Positions 14,651 through 25,025 of a stretch of 64,000 nt of DNA are shown here, in pieces. The stretch spans positions 248,001-312,000 of the forward strand of contig LVLI01000005.1 of NCBI GenBank assembly GCA_001687465.1, in the 5' to 3' direction. This DNA comes from Halocafeteria seosinensis. Its lineage: Eukaryota. Numbering within the stretch: position 1 is the first letter of the stretch; the number at the start of each line of letters is the position of its first letter. The notes under the pieces were generated by a model, which worked only from the letters and a program-made list of their open reading frames with translations, was not told the origin of the DNA and ran no database searches. The position numbers and the translations under genes were made by a program.

Positions 14651-15988
14651 ATGGCGGCCATGGGAGACAGTCACACAACCTCTTCTACGGACCCACCACC
14701 ACAGCAGAATACCCCCTTCCACGGCGAGAACGAGGAGGAGGAGGAGGAGGAATTAGGGTCTCTATTCCGACGTGCCCTGTCTATGTGGCAATCCTTGGAG
14801 GAGGGCACTGCCAATGATGAGCAGAAGACCGCTAGAGAATGCAGTCAACTCATGCTACGAGCTCATCGAAGAGTGGAACGTGCAGACTTATTCTCGTCGA
14901 ATGAAACAGCAGAGGATGTCCAAACGCGATGCCTCAAGTACTTGCTATGTCAGCATTACGCTGCGCTAGCGCTGATGAAAGCCAGTACGGACCCCAAGGA
15001 ACGACTTCAAGGACTACGACAAGCCAGAAGCCTGCTGCAGGCCTTCTTAGAACGCTGTGAACAACTCGAATTAGTTACGGAGAACGAGAAGAAATTGATA
15101 CATAACAATGATGAGGAAGGAGGCCAAAGCTTGGACGCCAACCAGCTCCGGCAATTCAAGATTCAGCGATACAAGGAAGAGAAGCAGGCGAAGGAAACAC
15201 TCAAGGTTAGGAAGAACCACAAGTTCACGCATCTTCTGGTATCAATCATTTACTCAGGTTTCTTCTTTTTACAGAGAGTTGTATCAGATCCTGATATGGA
15301 GGATGAAGAGAGCGTTGACGAGGAACTCTTACGCCAACGCTGGATCATGCAAATCTCCCTAGCCATATGCAAAAGCACGGATGAACTGCGACTCGTTGAA
15401 CAGGAGTTACCGATTCTACAATATATGGAAAAGAGGCGCCTCGAAGAAGGAGAGGAGAAGATGGAGTACCAAAGGCAGCAAGAGCGTACTAGAACTAGAG
15501 ACGCCGCGTTTAACCCTGACAGAAAAGGACTGGTACGTAACGCGCTTCCTCACACTCTTGTGGTTTTATAGCAGCCTAACGGAGACATATTTTGTAACTA
15601 TTCAGGAAGTGACACACATAGACCCTAGTCTTCAACCCACGAGGGAACAATTGAAAGCTGACGTCTTTAAGTTTGGCCACAACTTGCCCACCATGTCTCT
15701 GGAAGAATACGCTGCTAAGGAAGCTGCCGACGCTCAGGCTCGTGAGGCCGCTTCACAAGAGTAAGTCTCTATAGTCTCCGATTCATAACATGCACACTTT
15801 GTTCTTATGCTATTTTGATTACGTATTCCAGAAAACAAAAAGACGCAGTTCGCCGATATAATGAGCTCGAAAAGGAAGGGCTAGAAGACGATGAGGAACT
15901 CGTAGAGCAGGCAGTGTATCGAGACCGCGCATGGGATGATTGGAAGGATGAACATGCAAAGGGGATGGGAAATACGAAAAGAGTGTAA
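14651..15988 (+). CDS. TAP42: TAP42/alpha4 (IGBP1) PP2A regulatory protein
   Basis: LFSSNETAEDVQTRCLKYLL, VFKFGHNLPTMSLEEYA and RAWDDWKDEHAKGMGN motifs. Several short introns; stop TAA at 15986-15988. Confidence 0.92.
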
Positions 15989-16061
15989 TCTGTGTACATA
16001 TAGCTTGCAAGGTTGATCGCCGTTAGTATTTTTTTGAGGACGCCAGTAGACAACAACAGTA

Positions 16062-18224
16062 TCATCCGACATTAATTTGAAGGTGCTGCTGGTTGACTTT
16101 GCTGGCATAGTCCCTTAGCCTCCCAACGACTTCCTCCGTGACCTTTTTGTTAGTAGTTAAGGACATCTCCCTTAATCGTTTGCAATGCTTGATTAGCATC
16201 TGCAGACCAGATTCAGTAACCTCCGGACACTGTTTTAATCGGATGGACACTATGTGCTTGACTGCCTTTCCTTTGCAGAATGCCTCTATCCCCACATCGG
16301 AAATCCGAGGATTCTTATCAAGATGCAGATACCTCAACCGACCTTTTGCTTGACCAAGAGCTTCCATGGATTTATTACCCAACTTCATACTTTGTTGAGA
16401 GAAGATCTTTGCCGTCTCATCTTGTGCCTTGTTCTTCTTTTTCTTGCGCCTCCTGCGCGAGGACTTGTTTTCTTCATCCATGTTTTCTTTCCCACTTGGG
16501 TCGGCAGCCCTCCGGCTCTGGCATAAGTTCCTCATTTTTTGAGCAAAAGCTGTATCACCCTCAGTGTAAGAACGCACATCCATACAGCTTTCATTGCTAC
16601 CTCGATACGACCCAAAGGTAGAAGCAATTCCAGCTTTAACAGAAACCAAATCACTACACCCATTTGCTAAAGAAGAAATCCCCGCATCTGTAACCTTTGT
16701 GCACGAGCGGATGTCCAAGCTATACACTAGCGACGCGTCTGAAGCGATGTTCTGCAGGGTTTCATCAGTGATATCACAGAACTGTAACGCCAGTCTACGC
16801 AAACTCTTTCCACAGCCGCTGAGTGCATAACTGACTCCTTGGTCTGTCAAACTAGTGTTGCCATCTAGGATGAATTCACTCAAAGGGAGTTGAAGATGTT
16901 GAAGAAAGCACATAGATTCATCGGTCAGTTTACAATACGAAAAATCAAGCGTCCTTAGGTCCTGGAACTTCGAGAAGAGAACGCCACATGCCAAATGCCG
17001 AAACCCCTTTATATTACATCCTCTCATATGCAACCCACTGAGTCCTGGACACCCAGACGCCAACGCTGCCACGCCGTCATCAGTAAGAGACCCACAGTTT
17101 TGCATGCTCAACAGTTCCAATGGCGGGGAGTTCGCTTCCATCTTCTGTAGATATGGAGCCACGTGAATACCATCACAAAAGAGTTGTCTGAGATTCCCGC
17201 ACTCGGAAAGGGCAATTTCCACTCCGAAATGGGTTACATTGGAGCAGTAGCTAATATTGAGCAATTCTAGGTGCTCTCCGCATTCAGTCGCAAAATGCTC
17301 TATCCCTTGATCATTAATATTCGGATTATACGCTATCTCAAGTTGATCAATGAACGAATTTTCAGAGCAAGCCTCCGCTAATGCCATCATAGTGCTGTTT
17401 GTGAGCTCACTGCACTGAGAGAGGGCAAGTTTGCACAGGCCTGTGCACTCGTCTATGACTGTTTGTAGGCCTTTATCTGTGATATTCTTGCATCGGGAGA
17501 GATTGAGTCCCTTTAGCTTCTTGCAATTCTTTGATATAGAATAAAGAGTTGCATCGGTAATATCAGCCGTCGAAAAATCCAAACTTTCGATATTCTTGTA
17601 TTTCCTGGTCAGGAGAGTAGTGCCGGTGTCCGTAATGGCGTTACATCCCATGGAAATTTGAAGCAACGAAGGTACGGCTTCTGCCAGTGTCTTCACTCCA
17701 TCGTCCGTCAGGAAAGCACAGCGGTTGGCACAAATCTCAATGAGATCTTTACATCCGTACAGCCACCGTAGAGAGCTATCAGTGATTCTCAGCTGGCTTT
17801 GGACAGCTGAGTCCGTGGTGGACTCCATCTCATCAATTATCAGTCTCTGCAGTTTATAGCAGTACTGTCCAATGTATTTCAGTCCAACAGAAGGCAGGTG
17901 AGCTCCACAGGTGTCCAATTCCAACATATGGCGGCCATGCGTCTTGACAATGTACTCAAATAGAGGAGGAACTCTGTCATTGTAGGGCGCTGGTCCCAGT
18001 GACATCAAGCTTACAGAGGTCCACAAGCAGCTGTCCTCGTCGAGACAGTTCTTCCAAAGGCGGCACACGGCTCGAAGCCGGACGCGCTCTATCAGAGGAA
18101 AGTACAGAAACAAATTCCCGTCCATCCTCACTGTGCTAGTTTGAGGATGGAAAGAATTAGCTTGCATTCTCTTTGACTGGGAAAAAGACCGACCTCGTCC
18201 AGGCAAAAGACGACGATTTATCAC
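16062..18224 (-). CDS. F-box/leucine-rich repeat protein (FBXL-like); start codon uncertain
   Basis: F-box remnant LFLYFPLIERVRLRAVCRLWK followed by many cysteine-containing LRRs (LKGLNLSRCKNITDKGL; LDIRSCTKVTDAGI). Basic RRRRKKKKNK insert near the C-terminus. Confidence 0.9.
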   Translation of the reverse strand: MINRRLLPGRGRSFSQSKRMQANSFHPQTSTVRMDGNLFLYFPLIERVRLRAVCRLWKNCLDEDSCLWTSVSLMSLGPAPYNDRVPPLFEYIVKTHGRHMLELDTCGAHLPSVGLKYIGQYCYKLQRLIIDEMESTTDSAVQSQLRITDSSLRWLYGCKDLIEICANRCAFLTDDGVKTLAEAVPSLLQISMGCNAITDTGTTLLTRKYKNIESLDFSTADITDATLYSISKNCKKLKGLNLSRCKNITDKGLQTVIDECTGLCKLALSQCSELTNSTMMALAEACSENSFIDQLEIAYNPNINDQGIEHFATECGEHLELLNISYCSNVTHFGVEIALSECGNLRQLFCDGIHVAPYLQKMEANSPPLELLSMQNCGSLTDDGVAALASGCPGLSGLHMRGCNIKGFRHLACGVLFSKFQDLRTLDFSYCKLTDESMCFLQHLQLPLSEFILDGNTSLTDQGVSYALSGCGKSLRRLALQFCDITDETLQNIASDASLVYSLDIRSCTKVTDAGISSLANGCSDLVSVKAGIASTFGSYRGSNESCMDVRSYTEGDTAFAQKMRNLCQSRRAADPSGKENMDEENKSSRRRRKKKKNKAQDETAKIFSQQSMKLGNKSMEALGQAKGRLRYLHLDKNPRISDVGIEAFCKGKAVKHIVSIRLKQCPEVTESGLQMLIKHCKRLREMSLTTNKKVTEEVVGRLRDYASKVNQQHLQINVG

Positions 18225-18767
18225 CCCTAGAACGTAACTCGATACGCCAGAACCTTACAGACTATAGGCAATACAGATACTGCTCCTTATCAAAACACTC
18301 TGTCGCCGAGAATTCATCATGAGGGACGTAATGCCCCCATTAATTGGGACCACGTTTGGAAATAACTCCAACATTTGTTTGTCGTGTGTCAAACTCATTC
18401 CAACTCGAGTCACTCGAGTCGAATGTCAGTTTGGACGTGGTGACAAAGAAAGTATCACACGTAACATTGCGAAGAAGAAAAAAGAAGAAGGCTAAATTAC
18501 TTTCTAAAAAGTCGGTCATTGAGGGGTATAGTGCAACAAATGTTCGAAGTGTTGTACATATATTCGTAGGCCGTTCCGCTGTTTGTATTGTGGATCCAAG
18601 CGACATCCGTAATTTCTAGACCTGGCCTTTGCTAAGCGCTATTATAGGGCAATACTTGCACATCATGCCATCCTGCTACCGATCGCGATCCATAAGCATT
18701 AACAATGCCCTCAAGGACACGTGCAGGATACAAAGGTTATGTTCCGAAATACCCAGCTCGTGCGGAA

Positions 18768-21700
18768 TCATTTTCCGCTAGTTTTGCTCTCAGGAATTGT
18801 CGCCTGATCCAAATTCATACCACGGCGTAACGTCAGGAAACCGCCTCTCGATTTTCCTCTGGAGTGCTTAGGAGACTGCAACTGGCTACCGTCCTCCAGA
18901 TCTGCGGAGAAAGTCCAACAACAGTTAGGCCGCATGAAAGGCGTGTACAGCAATTCCCACTTACTACGTCGACTACGCTGGTGTAGCGTTGAGGCAAGCT
19001 TGTGGGCGTTCACTCCAACATGCTTGAAGGAAGAATATATCTTATCAACCAAGTTATCACCATCCGTACTGGAAGGCACGTAGGGCTTCCGACTGGAGGG
19101 GGGTGCTACAGGCTTTTCGGCGACGTTCTCCTTATTCTGGTTTTTCTTTTCATTCTCCTTCTCTCTCCTATCCCTCTCCCTCTTGATCGCCTTCTGCAGA
19201 AAGCTAAGTTACCGAAGACTATAGCTCCAAGGGTAGGCGACTTGCGGCTTACATCGAGCTCATCCCGGAAAAAGCAAAAATACTTGAAAAAATCCGAAAC
19301 CTCAGCAGTTCTAGAGGATTCCCCGAAGTATTTAACCAACTGTGTAGCGTTCGAAAGAAAGCAATGGCATCCTTGTTACCATAGAGAGCAGGGCAGAACA
19401 TATACTTACACTTTCAAATTCATCCTTGGCGTTGGTATATTTCAATTGTAAGTTAGACATTGCTTGTTCCAAGGATTGAGCAAAGTTATCAAGTTGCTGA
19501 GCAAACGTGTCTGAAACTTCGTATCCATTTGGATCTCCTTTTAGTTTCTCATTCTGTACAAGAACGCAGCGGCAGCAAATATAAAGATCTCGTGGAGAGA
19601 AAAGCCACTTCGAAAATCATACCAGCTTGATGACGACTTCCGCTTGCTTGCGAATGTCTTGCAGATCGCTCTGTAGCACCTCTAGGGACAATTCGTCGGA
19701 GGTTTTAAGCGGTTTTAGTTCCTGAGAAACGAGGGCAACAATCGACCTATCACCTTAAGACCATTACCCTAAAACTGGAAAATTGCGTACCTTAGGAAGC
19801 TCCAGAAGTGACGTCTCATTGTTCCTTAAAGCCAATCTTGCCAAGTAATCATAGAGATTCATTCCCGAGTCGGTACTCTTCACCCCAGAGAGTTTCATGA
19901 ATGCATCCACCTTGAAACCATGAGCTCTTCCGCGACTGGTGTTACCATTCAAGTAATTACCTGAGGTTAAGTAGAAAGTTGTCATATCGTTCAAACCACT
20001 ACCGCAAGCGCGGCACACATACCTATCGCGAGTACATACTCCAAGGCTCGCTTCAATGAAGCCGCGTCGCGAACGCACGAACACAAGGAACGCAGCAAAT
20101 CGAGATTCCCATCAAGCTTTTCCTGAAGTTCCGGGAACCGCTGCTTAAAGTGCAGTGCTCTGATTTTCTCTTCGTATCTGTAACCGAAGTAGATAGGTTC
20201 TATGAAACCTCCCTAGCAGAAGCAATTGAGTTTCCGGCTTACAAAGGTATTTCCATAGTCGCATAATAAAACTGCTCAACTTTCCCTAAAGAGCGGCGGT
20301 CCCCTGTGAAAGACTGAAGGTTGGACCAGTATCTCACAATGCGGACCTTTCTACCTCCACGATTCAGTATTCAAGGGAGGACGTACTTTCAGCTTTTCCA
20401 AGACCTCAGGACTGGGGTGTAGATTCTCAAGCATTTCCAATCTTTCGGATGAAAGAACATTTTCATCACCCTTCTCAACCTGAATCAGTTAGTTTACAAG
20501 AACTATACAAATGAAGGGCCTCGCCATTCCGAAGAAACTTGGCTTACTGCTTCTTGAAGTTCCGAAGGGCTAAGTTTCAACCTTGCCAAAGCAATTCCCA
20601 CATTTTGTTGAGTTTTCGCATCCAGCAGGGTTGTTTTATCAGATTTTTTCTGCTTTTGATCTTTCTTATTTCCCGATTTCACGTTCGCCTCTTTTGCCTT
20701 TTCCGCAGCAAAGAGCGCTTCTAGCTCACCGGTGTCGATGGGTGTCTGTTGTCCCGAACGTACCTACGTGAACCTCGCAAAAATTCAAGTAAAATAAATG
20801 TCAACGCTTACATTCTCTTCTGAAATATCTTTCCACACTGTTCCTGTAGCTTTCTTCTCATTAAGCTTTGACCAAAATACTCCCCGCATCTTTACGCTAG
20901 GTCGAATAACAGGCTTTGCGTCTGGGCTTTCTCCAACGGGTTGTTGGGACGCACTCATATCCCCAATCGCTCCAGGTTTTGGCGGTGCTCCTGGACGAGG
21001 TCGGGGAGCTCTGGATGTTGCGGCTGGTCGAGGAGCTGATGCTGTCTGGGGTCGCGGAGGTCTGGAAGGGGCCGGACGAGGAACCACATCGCCTTGAGGA
21101 CGCGGAGGTCGCGGACGAGGTCCAGACGACTCAACTGGTGGTCCAACTGCATTCGATCCCGGAGGACGAGCGGAGGGACGCGGTCCGTGGGAAGATGCGA
21201 GGCGTGATCCTTGAGGACGCACTCCAGCTGCTGGTACCGGGCGAACACCTCCAGAGGATGGACGAGGACGAGGTGCTCCTTGAGGGAGACTTCCAGAAGT
21301 TGTTGATGTTCCGCTCTGTGATGCTGAATTATCTGCAGGCGATGGGCCACTTTGGGATTGGCCATCTCCAGTCTGTGGACGCATCCCATGTACCGGCATC
21401 GGCTGAGGCACCCTTGGGTTTTGAGGACGTGCGCTTCCACTGAGTGCTCTAGGGAAATTTTGAGGACGAGGTGGGGCAGCGTGAGGACGCACTGAAGGAA
21501 AAGACGATGAGGGCACGGGTTCATTTGACCCATTAGCCCCACCGATTGCACTGGATTTCTTCCCCTCTTTTTGTTCCTTTATATCAACATTGCAAACGGC
21601 TGTGGACTTTGTCAGAGATTGCACACCACCAGCCACAGTCGTGCTTGGTGGTGGAGACGCAGTTGCCATCGGACTAACTGAGATATCTTCAACGCACGAC

Positions 21701-23651
21701 TGGAAGATAAAACTACTGTGGCGCTGCGGCAAAACCTCTTCAGCGTTCGCTGCAGCAATTTTTGTCAAGGTGTCTGGACGACCCCTTGCTGTATAGCATT
21801 CCACCGCCCTTTTCAATTTATCTCTCTGAGAAAAGGAGAGAACTTGGATGAGATGATGTTATAGTTTAACGAACTACATCACATACCTCCTGTTTAGTTT
21901 CGCTGAGTTCTTTGTCCAGTTCGAGCAATAGTATGATATTATCCTTTTGCTCACTGTCGTCCTGTATCAGTAGAAATGGTCTTGCGCAGTTGGAGTATCG
22001 CAAAACTAGACAGGTGGTGTCCTTACTTCCCCCACAGCGATCGCTGACACTTCATTCTTAATCGTATCCCAAAACTTCCCGGACAGAGAAGCAGTAGATG
22101 GTAAAGCAGCTAGAAAGCGCAAAATAGACAAAAATGGCTGTGTTGAAGCAGCCCTATAAGCATTGTTCTTCGCCAGTTCGTATACTGAGTCAAAGTCGGA
22201 GAGATTAGTGCCGTCAAATGTGCAGTGAGAATCATCGCTTGCCTTCCTTCTAGAGAATTCATCTGCAATAGTCAACTTGTGGTAAAAGGCAATAGGAACA
22301 ACATCAACATCCGAAAACGGAAAATCACATACCAATGCGCTCTCTGATCAGACGCATGTAAAGCGTATCATCCTCCTCATAACTGTGAGAAAGTTCAATA
22401 TCATCCTCTACTAATCCTTCCTTATTCAATTTGCCAGAGACCCTATTTCGCAAATCCTGTAACGAGGGTATCTCGGTGAATTTGAAGCTAACTCAAACTC
22501 AGCAGCACCAGCGTCTAACGTGCTTACCCCTAGCACTGGAGTAACCCCGCCCAAGATCATTTCATTGCGAAGCGTCACTCTGTCTTCAAGAGAATCGACT
22601 CCCAGGAGCACATTAAAGAGAGCCAAGGTCATTGACTGCACGAAACTCCTTGAAGCTGTCTTCGTTACAGTTGTAAGCATGTAGTTTGCACTAACCTTCA
22701 GCTCCCAGTTTGGTGCTGCGCTCTGAAGGACATTCATGAAACATTCAAACTTATGCCTTGTTCCAGACTCTTCCCAAAGATGACCTACTCCCCTATCGAC
22801 CATTCTGTAGTCATAGTGAATACTTGCCCCTTGGATAACAGAGTCTATTGGAAGTTTACATACGCAGAATGCTTACTCATGACCGTCTTCGCTGTTCACA
22901 GCAATGACAGTTAGCAACTCCAAAACCCTTTTCATTTGCTCATCCGTCTCCGAAAGAAACGCAATAGCGATAGCGCCGACTATGCCTTCATGCATAGATA
23001 CCGACATAAGCGTTGAATCCACTTTCATTGCAGACTTGATAGCATCTAGAACAGCCAATGAAATCCTGCAGGCGTCCCGTGAAAGAGCCTATCTGACATA
23101 CTTGGAACAATGATCATTCGGTTTCCATACCTCGGGTTCCTCTCGTGGGCTAAGAGAAAGTCCTGTAACGCATCTAGCCCGTCCTTCTCGATGAATTCGT
23201 CCAACCATGCCTTCTCACATGTTCGCAATTGGGCCTTCAGCGTAGAGGAAAACTGAAGAGCATAGTCAGGTTGACTGGAATATCTTCTCAAACTCTCAAT
23301 GTAACTCTCAGGGGTGTGGCTATCCGTTGGGTCATCCTTGCGTTCCTGAACATAAGAGCGGTAAGAAATCGCTGCTGCTCGTCGCACACGAAACAAAAGT
23401 CTGGCGAAGCTGTTACGTACTTTCCGGGACTGCTGCGCTTGTACTATCTGCCATTTCGTGGCTAATGGTTGGTTCACCATCGATGCTCGTGATCCCTCCG
23501 GAATAGCGAGTTCATCCATGACATTCTCCAGCATTTGGTTTACCGTCTCCTCAGCAGGAATGTTGTCGGTGCCATCGAAGTTCTGTTGACTCCGGGTTAG
23601 TGGCTGTGCACTGCCATCATCAGTATCAGCGCGACTTTGGCACCCTCCCAT
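18768..23651 (-). CDS. Diaphanous-related formin (GBD/FH3, Pro-rich FH1-like, FH2, DAD-like tail), many introns
   Basis: ELAIPEGSRASMVNQPLATKWQIV and AWLDEFIEKDGLDAL (GBD/FH3); Pro-rich exon 20785-21816 ending in KMRGVFWSKL (FH2 start); GNYLNGNTSRGRAHGFKVDAFMKLSGVKSTD (FH2 GNYMN motif); YFGE..FFKYF; final exon ends at 18768. Confidence 0.92.
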
Positions 23652-25025
23652 ATCCGGTGGTTATGCTTCCAATGGACGCATGCGAGCCGACTTGCTCCTT
23701 AAGTTGTTGATAGCATGAACTCTGTGGTTCCTGGTGTGACGTCGATCCTCAAAAAAGACATTCCAGGCATGTATGTGCAAGCAAGGCTATAGAGACGACA
23801 CCAATTGCTACTCCGCACAGCTTGTTAACACTGTAACAAACCGAGTCCGGCCGGCGAGTCTGTCACGGTGTCACCCTGTATTACAGGCCATGTAAAGGGA
23901 GAACTTCCCGGAGAAGGGACGCATTGTGCTTCCTGATGGGGGTCGCAACTAGTGCTCCTGATACAAATATATTGCACACCTGATTTCATCATTCATCGAG
24001 AATCGCAACTGCTGCACCAGCTATAGATAGTGACCTAGTGTAGCCTTCATCCGAAAACACACCCTAAGGAATCCATTTGCATTTGGTCCAATCTTGTTGA
24101 ATATGCCTAGGGAGCAATATTGTCGGTTCCTCGGCACACGACGTTCTGAATATCCAGAGTGCTATACACCCTCCACACCTTCACTGAGGTGCCTGCAGCT
24201 CTATCAGATAATTACACTGGTATACTGCCAGTGTTTTGCTTCTACTTTAGTTAGGGAGCCAGTGCAGCGAATGTTCATGAAACAAGCATCTGGCCTGAAT
24301 TCTACCAACCGGATACATTCGTGCCTTCATGTGGAAGCACACAACAGAGACGACCCTCAGGTGCGGTCTGCATGTACTCAAGACCAATTTATCTTCCTGG
24401 GCACTGCTCCAGAGCCGCCATCCTCTACCTGGTCACATTTTATCCTCGATACCGCAGACCCTGTTTGAATTCTCCCTCGCGCCATCAAGGTTCCAAGATA
24501 TCGGAATACAAAGTCAGGGACGTGCTGTCTACGCTCCTTTCCCCTCATCTCCGATGGATAAGACAAACATGAAAAGACAGCATTCCCTTCGGATGGCACC
24601 ATTACTCAAGGAAACGCTGAACGACTCTGGTGTGAACGTAGGTGTTGTGATGGGCCGTTTTCGGAGTCCCCTCACACGGGCTTTGGCTCCGATGTTTTCG
24701 TTATGGAAAATGCAAGTCCTCATGTTACATGTATTTAATTGATATTGTTCACATTTTAGATAAATTTCATGTTATAAGATAGATAGACTGGCTTTGTCTT
24801 CCTATTTTTGTTATCAAAGGAAGCATCTTACTGAACAGAAAACAGCGCGGAAGTAACAGAGGACAAACTGGCTATCAAGTCATATGCCGTAATAGCTCCT
24901 TACATATCCATGTGGCACTGTTAGCGTGCGGAAGGGTGAGCAAGGATTGCAATGGAGGACGCAATCCACAGAGAGGCTCTGCTATTGTCCAAGTTTGAAT
25001 AAGAGCGAGGAGAAGCAACGGGACA

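Noticed and set aside
14732..14752. (GAG)n repeat
   Set aside because: It simply encodes a poly-Glu stretch in the TAP42 N-terminus.
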